In this document: piece by piece, positions 26,142 to 34,593 of the stretch
How positions within the stretch are numbered: the first letter of the stretch is position 1
Layout of the letters: the number at the start of each line of letters is the position of its first letter
Virus record (IMG/VR): IMGVR_UViG_3300030107_007542
Location: 32,001-96,000 of that record
Reading direction: 5' to 3' (one strand)
Origin: a virus
Length of the DNA: 64,000 nt
The notes under the pieces: generated by a model
What the model was told of the DNA's origin: nothing
What the model saw: only the letters and a program-made list of their open reading frames with translations
The model's database searches: none
Program-made: the position numbers and the translations under genes

Positions 26142-28107
26142 CCTTCTCCGCCTCTTTCTCCTCTAATTGAGTTATAAGTTTGCGTATATTTGTTGTATTT
26201 TCTAGCAACAATACTTCGTCCCTAGTATAAATAGATCCCTTATTCTCTTCCAGACTAACTAACGCGCTAAGATCGGGAATGCCTACGCGACCGACAGAGT
26301 GACCGACGCGGGAACGATCGTCGCTTCGGTATGTAATATTTTCCGGTGCAACCTGACTACGAATACTACGTCGGAGTCGGCCAGAGCCTTGACGGCCGTC
26401 AGCCCGCCCGTCCTTGCGTTCGTATTTGCGGCCCTTTTTATAACGGCTCACATGACCATCGTCTTTGCGCGCCGGCGCGGCAAGAAGGGGACTCTCGTCT
26501 TCACCTCCTGCGGGCTCTTCGCCGCCTAGGTCTTCTCCACCAAGGTCACCACCAAGGTCACCTCCAAGATCGCCGCCAAGGTCGCCGCCACCAAGGTCGC
26601 CACCTAAGTCGCCACCCAAGGCGCCGCCCATCTCGTCGGCTGCGGCCTGCTCTTGAACACCCTCAAGTGCCTGCTGATACTTTTTATCATAGAAGGTCTC
26701 ACGCTGATTGCGCAAGAACTCTTGGTCCGACATACCCAAGATATTCTTAGAAAGCCAACGCTTGCTATAAACACCTTCAGGCACAGCATTCGCAATATCA
26801 AACTTTGTACGCATATATTCAAGTTGCTGCAGCTCAGCCAATCGTGAAGGATTGTTGAGAGACAGTTTAAAGCTAACGAGATCTTCGCCGCGGAAACCAA
26901 TTGTGTACAAATGAACAACAGCGATCTTTTCCAGCTCAGACAACAGTGAGCGCTGTAGACGCTGAATTGTACGGGCAAACCGAATGTCCTTCTGGGCGAG
27001 AGTTGTCTTGTCTTCGTTGTCCCCATCAAGATTTGTTAAATACGATTGGGGAACCTTAAGTGCAGAAAACATCTTGTCTCGCAAATACTTAACATCTTCA
27101 ATATCATCGAGGGACTTGGCGCCGGGCAGAGAAACAATTTCCGACCCCACGCCGCCACGCATAGGAATGAAATAGTCTTCTTCCAGAGAGAGTGGGTTAT
27201 AACGCAAGTCGACTCGGCCAGATGTTGGTGTCACCAATTGGTTACGCTTCATCTCGGTTTTCACTTTTTCCATGTACTGTGGGACGTCCTGCGGTGGGAT
27301 GTTTCCTACGTCGATCTTAAAAACCCGGCGCTCTGGGGCGCGGACAACTCGGTAAGCAATCATCGCGTCTTCAAGCAGCACAAGCTGGCGCCAGATCCGG
27401 CGCGCTGGGTCCAGAATAGATGTTCCATAGGGACTATACTTGTCGTTGCCAAGAATACGGAAGTGGGCTACCTGCCAATCCTCGAAGGTCATGCCGGCGC
27501 CATTCCACTGGAACTGAACATAATTTGGATTGGAGGGGTCTTGGCCCTCAAGTCTCTCTAGTTCTTCGCCGGGGAGACCAATCACCGATTTAACACCCAA
27601 GTTCTCTTCAACATCCAAATACAAGAAGAAGTCGCCGAACTTAACCATAGATCGAGCCCAGCCAAATGCATTGAACTCAATATTCAGAGCATCATAAAAC
27701 AGGCTATCAAGAATAGTCTTGATTTCAAGATTAAGACAATCAACTGTTAAGAGACGATCGAACTCATTTGATGTGGTCATCTCGTCGGCATAAATATCAA
27801 TAGCGGACGCAATCTCGGGCATGTACTCCATCTGCTCAAAATCCTGATAGCGCTCGCCGCGGTTTTGGTTGCGCATCGCGTGGGACGAAAGAAGATTGTA
27901 ATTCTGAGAAAGGTTGTCGGTTGCTCGCTTAAACTCCTGCCCACTGAGGGATCGGAACCTATACCGATATTTGTCAAGTTCGTTCCGTCGTTCTTGCCGC
28001 GCAATCTGCGCACGGTAATTTACAATAGGGCCCGAAAATAATCTAGTTAATCTCTTGAATAATGGAGAATTTGGGTTTCGAGTATTGTTTCCTTTGTTGC
28101 GTGCCAT
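26119..28107 (-). CDS. gp20: Portal vertex protein (T4 gp20-like)
   Basis: Contains PEI.SAIDIY.DE, LLEDAM..YRVVRAPERRVFKIDVGN.P, EDY.IP.RGG.G.EI..LPG...L.DIEDV.Y and F...I.RLQ. Confidence 0.96.
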   Translation of the reverse strand: MARNKGNNTRNPNSPLFKRLTRLFSGPIVNYRAQIARQERRNELDKYRYRFRSLSGQEFKRATDNLSQNYNLLSSHAMRNQNRGERYQDFEQMEYMPEIASAIDIYADEMTTSNEFDRLLTVDCLNLEIKTILDSLFYDALNIEFNAFGWARSMVKFGDFFLYLDVEENLGVKSVIGLPGEELERLEGQDPSNPNYVQFQWNGAGMTFEDWQVAHFRILGNDKYSPYGTSILDPARRIWRQLVLLEDAMIAYRVVRAPERRVFKIDVGNIPPQDVPQYMEKVKTEMKRNQLVTPTSGRVDLRYNPLSLEEDYFIPMRGGVGSEIVSLPGAKSLDDIEDVKYLRDKMFSALKVPQSYLTNLDGDNEDKTTLAQKDIRFARTIQRLQRSLLSELEKIAVVHLYTIGFRGEDLVSFKLSLNNPSRLAELQQLEYMRTKFDIANAVPEGVYSKRWLSKNILGMSDQEFLRNQRETFYDKKYQQALEGVQEQAAADEMGGALGGDLGGDLGGGDLGGDLGGDLGGDLGGEDLGGEEPAGGEDESPLLAAPARKDDGHVSRYKKGRKYERKDGRADGRQGSGRLRRSIRSQVAPENITYRSDDRSRVGHSVGRVGIPDLSALVSLEENKGSIYTRDEVLLLENTTNIRKLITQLEEKEAEKDETQQET
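26522..26630 (-). repeat. Degenerate 12-nt tandem repeat encoding (GGDL)n in the portal C-terminus
   Basis: Translation GGALGGDLGGDLGGGDLGGDLGGDLGGDLGGEDLGG. Confidence 0.85.
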
Positions 28108-28110
28108 ATG

Positions 28111-29697
28111 TTATCCCTTAATCAGAGCATAATACTGTTCATTAAGTTGAACTGCTTTGGTGCCCTTGTCTGCTTCTGTGGTCATTTTGTGACCTGTCAT
28201 GCCTGGTATTGTGGTAGAAATGTTAGTCTGGGACGTAGAAATAGAAGAAAGGAACTGCTTACTATATTCTACATTCTTATGACTTTCTACAATCACTGTG
28301 TCCCTCACCCAACATCCAATCGCGAATGACATAACCAAATCATCGTTATAGCTTCGCATTGCCTCCGGTCGTCCATGGTTCCAGATAAACGTTTTCATTT
28401 CCGACAAAAGACGATTAGAGTTAATCTTAATTAGTTTGTTCCTCATAAACTCTTCCATCTTCGCCACAATCAAGGGGCGCGTCTTAGACGAAGTAGTGAA
28501 CCCTGGAATTGCATTTGTTTGCCATTGTGCAGTTAGCGGATCAACGTACTGATGATTTCCCTTTGTCGAATGATATAGATTAGGATACCCTTTATCAATC
28601 AATTTTTTAAGTACTGCGAACCCTATATTGTTGTTTTCTACAACTAACATGGGATTACCGTATTCGCCTGCCACATTATACAAGATATCGGCAAAGTCAT
28701 CCGGCGTAGGCTTCCCTATATATTCGGCCACAATCTCCATTGTCTCAAGCTCAAAAATATGAAACGCACTATTATCTTTGCCATCGCCGCGAGCAACATC
28801 AGCCACAATCAAGTGAGGCTTTTCTGGGTCGTATCGTTTCCAAATCCAATAGTTACGATCAAAGCCTGTGCGGTATTCTGGTGTTACTGCTCTCTCTAGA
28901 TACCATTGTAGATCGTCTGGATGTACCACAGTCTCTCCCGAAACATTGAAGTTGCATTCTAGTTCTTGAGCGATCTGCCGGCGAGACATGTTCATGGTCT
29001 CTTTTTCAAACCACTTCTTGTCTCGATCTGGGTGCACGTCCCACAGAAGAGTGGTTATATAAAAATCATTGACGCCGCTTTCTGCTTCCACACAAGTTTG
29101 ATGAAACCAATTTCCCACACCGTTAGGAGTGGACAGTGCAATGCAGCGCCCACCAGTAGACAGAGTAGGATACAACGCTGTCCACAATTCTCCTAGCTTC
29201 TCAACATGAGCAGCCTCATCAATAACAAGTAATGACAACGCTTCGGAACGACCCACATCGCCAGACGTTGAGGCAGCTTTAATCTGAGATCCGTTTCCTA
29301 ATTCAAAGGACGTGCGGTTATCTACTGAGATGGGTGAAATTTGCATCCATGGTGGAAGGTTCTTAATAATCGCTTTAACTTTGCGCACCAAGTTGGTGGC
29401 AGTTTGAAGTTTCGTTGCAACCACAAGAATGTTTTTATCACGATGAAAAAGCATAAGCCACCCAATGTAGGCGGCCGTAATGGTAGAAATGCCTAACTGT
29501 CGTGCCTTGAGAATAACATTAAATCGATAATCGTTGTAATCTTTTAAAAGTTGTTGCTGATAGTCAAATGCTTTGAAAGGAATCAAGCCCTTCTGTGGGT
29601 GGGAAATACGACAATAGTTAGTCGTAAAATGAACCGGGTTTTTACCCGCTTTAACGACTTCCTTTAGTATTTCCTCTTTTGTAAGGGCATTGGACAT
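28111..29697 (-). CDS. terL: Terminase large subunit (T4 gp17-like)
   Basis: Contains LKARQLGIST (Walker A), LLVIDEAAH (Walker B), LSTPNG, RQIAQE.EC.F, nuclease ADVARGDG.D and DDLVMS. Confidence 0.96.
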   Translation of the reverse strand: MSNALTKEEILKEVVKAGKNPVHFTTNYCRISHPQKGLIPFKAFDYQQQLLKDYNDYRFNVILKARQLGISTITAAYIGWLMLFHRDKNILVVATKLQTATNLVRKVKAIIKNLPPWMQISPISVDNRTSFELGNGSQIKAASTSGDVGRSEALSLLVIDEAAHVEKLGELWTALYPTLSTGGRCIALSTPNGVGNWFHQTCVEAESGVNDFYITTLLWDVHPDRDKKWFEKETMNMSRRQIAQELECNFNVSGETVVHPDDLQWYLERAVTPEYRTGFDRNYWIWKRYDPEKPHLIVADVARGDGKDNSAFHIFELETMEIVAEYIGKPTPDDFADILYNVAGEYGNPMLVVENNNIGFAVLKKLIDKGYPNLYHSTKGNHQYVDPLTAQWQTNAIPGFTTSSKTRPLIVAKMEEFMRNKLIKINSNRLLSEMKTFIWNHGRPEAMRSYNDDLVMSFAIGCWVRDTVIVESHKNVEYSKQFLSSISTSQTNISTTIPGMTGHKMTTEADKGTKAVQLNEQYYALIKG

Positions 29698-29705
29698 ATC
29701 ACCCC

Positions 29706-30224
29706 TTAACTACCCTTGCGAGTGTCGTTTGATGGGCGCTTCTTTCCTGGACCAAGTTCGAGCCAAGCGCGGATAGACTTATCCAAGTTCTCTTCAGGAG
29801 TGCCGGGATCAACCTCATCACAATCCTTCATGCCGCCAATCTTATAATCACACTGAGCTTGAATATCAGTGCGATAGTTAGACATACGCTGAACAAGGAT
29901 CTGGTGTTCCCCTTCTTTGGTCAGGGTCAAAGTGTCGCCCGTAATGGACTTGTACTCTTTCTTAAGAAACTTAACAATGTCTGCCAACTTAGAAAGAATA
30001 GAATCTTCGAAATCCTTTTCTTTCACATCCCGCAGTCGAGCTTCGGACTGATAGCTAACGCGCAGAATAGGCCCCATGATTCGAACTTTAAAACCGTCGA
30101 TAACTCGACGATCCAAAATCAAGTCTCCCTGCTCTCGGTTAAGTCCCACCTTAGCATCTGAACCATCGTAAGCATTAGCTGCCGCCTGATTGATTCCTTT
30201 AACTATATCGTATACTGTTGCCAT
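29706..30224 (-). CDS. Hypothetical protein (172 aa)
   Basis: Clean ORF with a GGAGAGG SD. No recognisable domain. Confidence 0.75.
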   Translation of the reverse strand: MATVYDIVKGINQAAANAYDGSDAKVGLNREQGDLILDRRVIDGFKVRIMGPILRVSYQSEARLRDVKEKDFEDSILSKLADIVKFLKKEYKSITGDTLTLTKEGEHQILVQRMSNYRTDIQAQCDYKIGGMKDCDEVDPGTPEENLDKSIRAWLELGPGKKRPSNDTRKGS

Positions 30225-30265
30225 TTTTTATTCCTCTCCCGCTGATTGGGCGGTACTTGTGATTT

Positions 30266-30520
30266 TCATCTTTCGCTCCTGTACGCATACTCTTGTGCGA
30301 TGGCTGCAATTTTGGCTATCTGCTCAGCTGCCTTATCATGAGCTACCGACCCCGGCTCAGAGGTTTCCTTTTGTGCTAGCAGATGTTTCAAAACCTTTTC
30401 AAGGTGTACCAATGAGGTAGCAATTTCTTGGGCGGAGCGCATGCGCATCTTTGAGGTACCAATTGATTCCTCCAGCTCTTCGCGAATAATCTTACGCAAT
30501 TTAGTTTTGCTAATTCTCAC
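30266..30520 (-). CDS. Small protein with the shared leader MRISKTKLRKIIREELEE (GTG start)
   Basis: GGAGG SD upstream of GTG at 30520, within ORF 30266..30598. Confidence 0.65.
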   Translation of the reverse strand: MRISKTKLRKIIREELEESIGTSKMRMRSAQEIATSLVHLEKVLKHLLAQKETSEPGSVAHDKAAEQIAKIAAIAQEYAYRSER

Positions 30521-30893
30521 CTTTTGGCCTCCAGCCTTCAAGCCATCTTTCCTCTCGTCCTTCAACCCATGTAATGTAACAAGCTCGACAACATTCAAAC
30601 TTATTCATATACAAATCATCTTGGGGACGAAAAGAATATGTATTACAAACAGGACAGGTCCGATTTGCATCTCTAGTAAGTAGTTTTTTGTTTATTAAAA
30701 ATCCATCTTGTTCTACTTTGTCCTGAGTTTCGGCCATCTTGGAAAATTTGCGCTGCTCCTCTTGGGACTGAGCGATGTATTCTTTCTCTCTTGTCTCGTC
30801 CCATGCAGCGTGAGGATTATCAATAGTTTCCGAACCATACTTCTGCGTGATGGCTCGTTCTAGTTTGACTATATAATCTTGATCTTTACTCAT
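30510..30893 (-). CDS. Hypothetical protein with Cys cluster (CPVC...CC.AC), possible zinc binder
   Basis: 127-aa ORF. Confidence 0.7.
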   Translation of the reverse strand: MSKDQDYIVKLERAITQKYGSETIDNPHAAWDETREKEYIAQSQEEQRKFSKMAETQDKVEQDGFLINKKLLTRDANRTCPVCNTYSFRPQDDLYMNKFECCRACYITWVEGREERWLEGWRPKGEN

Positions 30894-30896
30894 GGT

Positions 30897-32747
30897 TTAT
30901 GCATTTTCTAATTGTTCAACACGATGAAGGAGGGCATCGTTCTCCGCTTTGAGTTCTTGTATTGCCTTAATCAAGGTTATTATCACGGGCCGATCTTGAA
31001 TGTCGGCTGGAACTGAATTGTCACTAAGGACTGCTTTTTCCTTTACAATTTCACCCGTGTCCTCGTCGGTATAGATGTTTCTTTTAATTTGTCCGCTTTC
31101 ATCATAATCATAATCCGAATCCATAATCACCAATTGTGGATCAACCTCGTGTACCTCTTCCGCTATCAGCCCTAGCTGTAAGTGTCCTGGTCTTGACTTT
31201 AGCTCGTACTGAACGGGACGCAAGGTTAGAATTTTATCCAAACATGGGGCATCGTAAGTTTGGATGTTCTTTTTAATCTTGCGCGTAGAGGAAGATCGCT
31301 CAAGGCGATCGTTGCTTGTATCGAGGTACACCGTAAAGCCGCCACCGGTATTCATTCCCAACGCGTATAGATTGTCCCCAGCAACAAGATCGTCGGAACA
31401 ACGCAGGTCGTTTGTTGCGCGGACGGTGCCGGCAACGTCAAGCTCATATGAAGGCGTGGAATCCATGAGGCCGACGCGGCCAGCGCTTTCATCAAAATAG
31501 ATCCCGGTTGTGGTATTGTTTCCATGGATATGGAGATCGCGCGATTGAGTGTCAATATTGTTGATGCCAGAGTACGCCCCGATAGACATGTAAGCAGCTG
31601 GGACAGCAGAGGTACCAAAGTACACGCGAGGGCCCGCTTCACCGAGCAGCTGTACTTGATAGTTGGATGTGGTGTCTTTAACCGAGAGAGTCGCGGCGCT
31701 GTCACTAACAAGAAGATCGGCGCCGTTAAACGTTAAGCCAGCATCACCCTCAACGGAATTGGAGTCTGTGAAAATTGCAATCTCATTGTTAGTGCCATTG
31801 GTTCCATCTAGTAGCGTGGTTCCCCAAACGCGAGAGTCGATTTCGTCTCTCACAATCTCGTTGGAACTATTGATAATAAGAACGGTATTGTCAGTATCCG
31901 CAGCCGGTGCAACATCAAAAGTAACAACTCCGGCAGCATCAATTGAGAGGACATCTCCGACGTCCGTCTTCAGCGACAACGTTTTGTCGTCAGCGGCCGA
32001 ACCAATGGTCACCTTATTAGACGTATAGTGGGCAACTGCAGTGCCGCCGATTCTCAGATAATTATTGTCCGCAATATTAGTGTCCTTGGCAAAGTATGCA
32101 CCCTCAGAGGCTGTGAGTTGTGAGGTAACAGTGGTTACGTCTGCGGCAGCGTCACCCAGATATGCATTCCCTTGTGCCCTGAACGTTCCGCCGACATCCA
32201 AGGTATACGAAGGAGAAGTGTCCATGATCCCTACTTTTTGGTCCCCTTGGATGTATAAAATATCCTGGCCGGTGCCGTCACCATCAGCATCAGCATACCA
32301 AAATCTTAGTGACGCTTCATCTTGGGAACCCTGTGCTGCTGGATCTCCATAGATAGTCCAGTCCCACGAATTTCCGTACGGACCGTTGGTGTCTGCCGTA
32401 TTGGTGAAACTGAGTCTGCCACCGGAATTTTGGTCCTCGTGTAGAACAAGCTGAGCATCATCTCCGGCGCTATTTTTAGAAACATGAACAGCCCCAGTTA
32501 CCACAAGCTCATGACCCGGGGTTGCAGTAGAGCCAATATTAACACTGCTTGTAGTGTAAATGGCCGAGCCATTAATTTCTATAAAAGGTCCTGTGGTGTC
32601 CTCTGCTCCTGCAAGAACCAATTCGGAATTCGAGTTTATGGCAATATAGCCATTGGCCGCAGGAGTGCCGCTATCAATTTCTTGTCCCAGATTGTCGACA
32701 AGAAAACGAAGAAGTCTTCCTCTAGATTGTGCCTGCGAAAAACTCAT
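30897..32747 (-). CDS. Tail fibre with C-terminal intramolecular chaperone (peptidase S74)
   Basis: Contains SS.RKIKKNIQ...ILTLRPVQY...LGLIAEEV..VDP.LV...IKAIQELK.E...L..RVE.LE. Confidence 0.88.
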   Translation of the reverse strand: MSFSQAQSRGRLLRFLVDNLGQEIDSGTPAANGYIAINSNSELVLAGAEDTTGPFIEINGSAIYTTSSVNIGSTATPGHELVVTGAVHVSKNSAGDDAQLVLHEDQNSGGRLSFTNTADTNGPYGNSWDWTIYGDPAAQGSQDEASLRFWYADADGDGTGQDILYIQGDQKVGIMDTSPSYTLDVGGTFRAQGNAYLGDAAADVTTVTSQLTASEGAYFAKDTNIADNNYLRIGGTAVAHYTSNKVTIGSAADDKTLSLKTDVGDVLSIDAAGVVTFDVAPAADTDNTVLIINSSNEIVRDEIDSRVWGTTLLDGTNGTNNEIAIFTDSNSVEGDAGLTFNGADLLVSDSAATLSVKDTTSNYQVQLLGEAGPRVYFGTSAVPAAYMSIGAYSGINNIDTQSRDLHIHGNNTTTGIYFDESAGRVGLMDSTPSYELDVAGTVRATNDLRCSDDLVAGDNLYALGMNTGGGFTVYLDTSNDRLERSSSTRKIKKNIQTYDAPCLDKILTLRPVQYELKSRPGHLQLGLIAEEVHEVDPQLVIMDSDYDYDESGQIKRNIYTDEDTGEIVKEKAVLSDNSVPADIQDRPVIITLIKAIQELKAENDALLHRVEQLENA

Positions 32748-33205
32748 TTAACTATTTCGGTTGATAAAGCAAATATACCCAACGATGTAAGAGTTCCAAT
32801 TCCAAAACCTAAAGCCACCAAAAACGGATCCTTGCCAGGCTTCTGTTGAACAACCAGATCCATAAGTCGGTCGTTCTCGGCAGTCTTCAAAATCATCATC
32901 GACTCATATTTGTCTTTCCAAGAAGCAATCTCAATATCTTTATAATCTAATTGCAACTGGTATCTTTCTCCTTGTACATGAAGCTCGTAACTAATTCGAA
33001 GATCACACTCGGCATCTTCAAACTTCTTTTCGGTGGCAATCTTTGCCGCGGCATCAAGGGACAAAAGCACCCCATCAAATGGCACCACATCGCCTGCCTC
33101 TACTGGCAGCACAGTGTACTCTGGTGATGGATCCTCCTCCGCAAAAGCCATTGCGGGACATGCCAAAAAGGTTATTAAGTAAAGTGACAATATTTTCTTA
33201 ATCAT
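32744..33205 (-). CDS. Secreted/membrane protein with N-terminal signal and C-terminal TM; possible spanin component
   Basis: Signal-like MIKKILSLYLITFLAC/AMAFA, a helical middle and a hydrophobic C-terminus FLVALGFGIGTLTSLGIFAL. Confidence 0.55.
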   Translation of the reverse strand: MIKKILSLYLITFLACPAMAFAEEDPSPEYTVLPVEAGDVVPFDGVLLSLDAAAKIATEKKFEDAECDLRISYELHVQGERYQLQLDYKDIEIASWKDKYESMMILKTAENDRLMDLVVQQKPGKDPFLVALGFGIGTLTSLGIFALSTEIVK

Positions 33206-33618
33206 TATTTTAATCCAAATGCCTCTGCTAACTCTTTGGCTAGCTTCTCAGGGTCATTATAACTCTCATCAATTAGTCTTTTAAGTTCAGCCTCTTTTTG
33301 CTTATCCAGAGTCTCTCCTCTTTTAGCAAACTCCTCCTCTATTTGTGCCCTTCTCTTAAGATGTTCTTCTAGGCGCGCATTCTTCTCGGATATTTCTGTG
33401 TCATGTATGCGTGTCAGAGTTTCCATCTCTTTATCGTGCGCCTCTCTTTTCGTCTCTAGGAGATCGAGAACGGCGGCGAAGAGCACTCCATTTCTAGTTA
33501 TCGCGCCGATTAATGCAGCGCACAGAAATAGCAACCCTATAACAATAATCCACCAAAACTTTTTACACCAGAGCCAAGCTTTTTTTAAAGCTGTTTTAAT
33601 TTTTATTGGTGCTATCAT
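33205..33618 (-). CDS. N-terminally anchored coiled-coil membrane protein; possible inner-membrane spanin
   Basis: Basic N-terminus, TM WWIIVIGLLFLCAALIGAI and a long charged coiled coil. Confidence 0.55.
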   Translation of the reverse strand: MIAPIKIKTALKKAWLWCKKFWWIIVIGLLFLCAALIGAITRNGVLFAAVLDLLETKREAHDKEMETLTRIHDTEISEKNARLEEHLKRRAQIEEEFAKRGETLDKQKEAELKRLIDESYNDPEKLAKELAEAFGLK

Positions 33619-33800
33619 TTATAGCCCTTCAACTTTGCAACAGCATCAATAATCGTTTGTCCTCCGATATAAACCGTGGTAATGATTACCCAATCGCTGG
33701 ATGCCAAGTCTGCGAAAAGGAGCAAACAAGTGGCCGTTGCCCACGCCATCAGCTTTCGGGAAACTAGCTTCTCCAAGCCTTTATCTATAATATGTCTCAT
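33615..33800 (-). CDS. Putative holin (61 aa, two TM; alternative start at 33806)
   Basis: SRKLMAWATATCLLLF...WVIITTVYIGGQTIIDAVAKLK; the SRKL...YIGGQ pattern and basic C-terminus are typical of small holins. GGAG SD. Confidence 0.6.
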   Translation of the reverse strand: MRHIIDKGLEKLVSRKLMAWATATCLLLFADLASSDWVIITTVYIGGQTIIDAVAKLKGYK

Positions 33801-33839
33801 GGTCATCTCCTTCTTACTAATTAGAAAGGAATCAAATGT

Positions 33840-34541
33840 ATGTCTAAACAACTTAAATACAAGCTCAAAAAAACCCTTAAAAATGCAGAGTTTGTGCACG
33901 CTGATCTGGAGTACCACCAACAGCTCTCTCAAGAGGCCATGCGTGAATTTACAGAAGAGGTCAATAAGCTGCTTGCGAAGTTGTCCCCAGAAGATCAACA
34001 GAAAATACAAGACTTTTTAAATTCGAGAATGCCGCCGATACCGGTACGGCCTCCAGAAGATCTTGCAGAACAAGCAGAAGAAGAAATTGAACAGGAGGAC
34101 GACTCCTCAACCGAGATAGTCCCTACCGACATCGAGCCAGAAAACGAGAGTTCACCTCCCAAAGTCGATAAAGATGCCGAACTTAAAAAACTATTCCGAC
34201 GTATTGCAGAACATACTCATCCCGATAAAGCTAAAGCCAATGGATTTTCGGACCGAGAAGTCAGTCGAATGCTCAATCTTTTCATTCGAGCAAAGGAGGC
34301 GCAAGAAAGCGGCAATTGGTATATCCTTTATTCCATAGCCATCGAATTGGGTCTTGAGATAGATGACCCAACTGAAGAAGAGATTGAATGGATCGAAGAA
34401 GATATCAAGGGAACACTTGCGCAGATTGCCAATCTGGCTAATCTCACAGCATGGCACTGGTATCTGGGGGATGAAGGGGCAAAAAAAATGGCTTTAAAAT
34501 TTTACTTCCTGGAAGCCTTTGGATTTGATTACCCTCTTTGA
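33840..34541 (+). CDS. J-domain (DnaJ-like, HPD motif) protein; the only convincing plus-strand gene
   Basis: Contains ELKKLFRRIAEHTHPDK...MLNLFIRAKEA (helix II-HPD-helix III), preceded by a coiled coil and acidic linker. AAAGGA SD. Confidence 0.85.
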   Translation: MSKQLKYKLKKTLKNAEFVHADLEYHQQLSQEAMREFTEEVNKLLAKLSPEDQQKIQDFLNSRMPPIPVRPPEDLAEQAEEEIEQEDDSSTEIVPTDIEPENESSPPKVDKDAELKKLFRRIAEHTHPDKAKANGFSDREVSRMLNLFIRAKEAQESGNWYILYSIAIELGLEIDDPTEEEIEWIEEDIKGTLAQIANLANLTAWHWYLGDEGAKKMALKFYFLEAFGFDYPL

Positions 34542-34593
34542 TTCTTTTTCTTGAACTTTAAGCCACTCAGTAGCGCGTTCCAAAATGCTGTGT

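Noticed and set aside
26226-26233. Exact T4 late promoter TATAAATA on the plus strand
   Set aside because: There is no plus-strand gene downstream; it is better read as a minus-strand copy of the CTATTTA motif upstream of the 269-aa gene.
26522-26630. Short direct repeats as a CRISPR array
   Set aside because: The 12-nt degenerate units have no spacers and encode GGDL in the portal.
30675-30684. ACTACTTACT as another late-promoter copy
   Set aside because: It lies inside a coding region (KKLLTR), about 155 nt from the next start, with two mismatches; likely chance.
33615-34010. 131-aa version of the holin ORF, and similarly extended N-termini for 24469..25020, 30266..30598 and 21880..23880
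   Set aside because: The extensions overlap neighbouring genes and lack SDs; downstream SD-supported starts were used instead.
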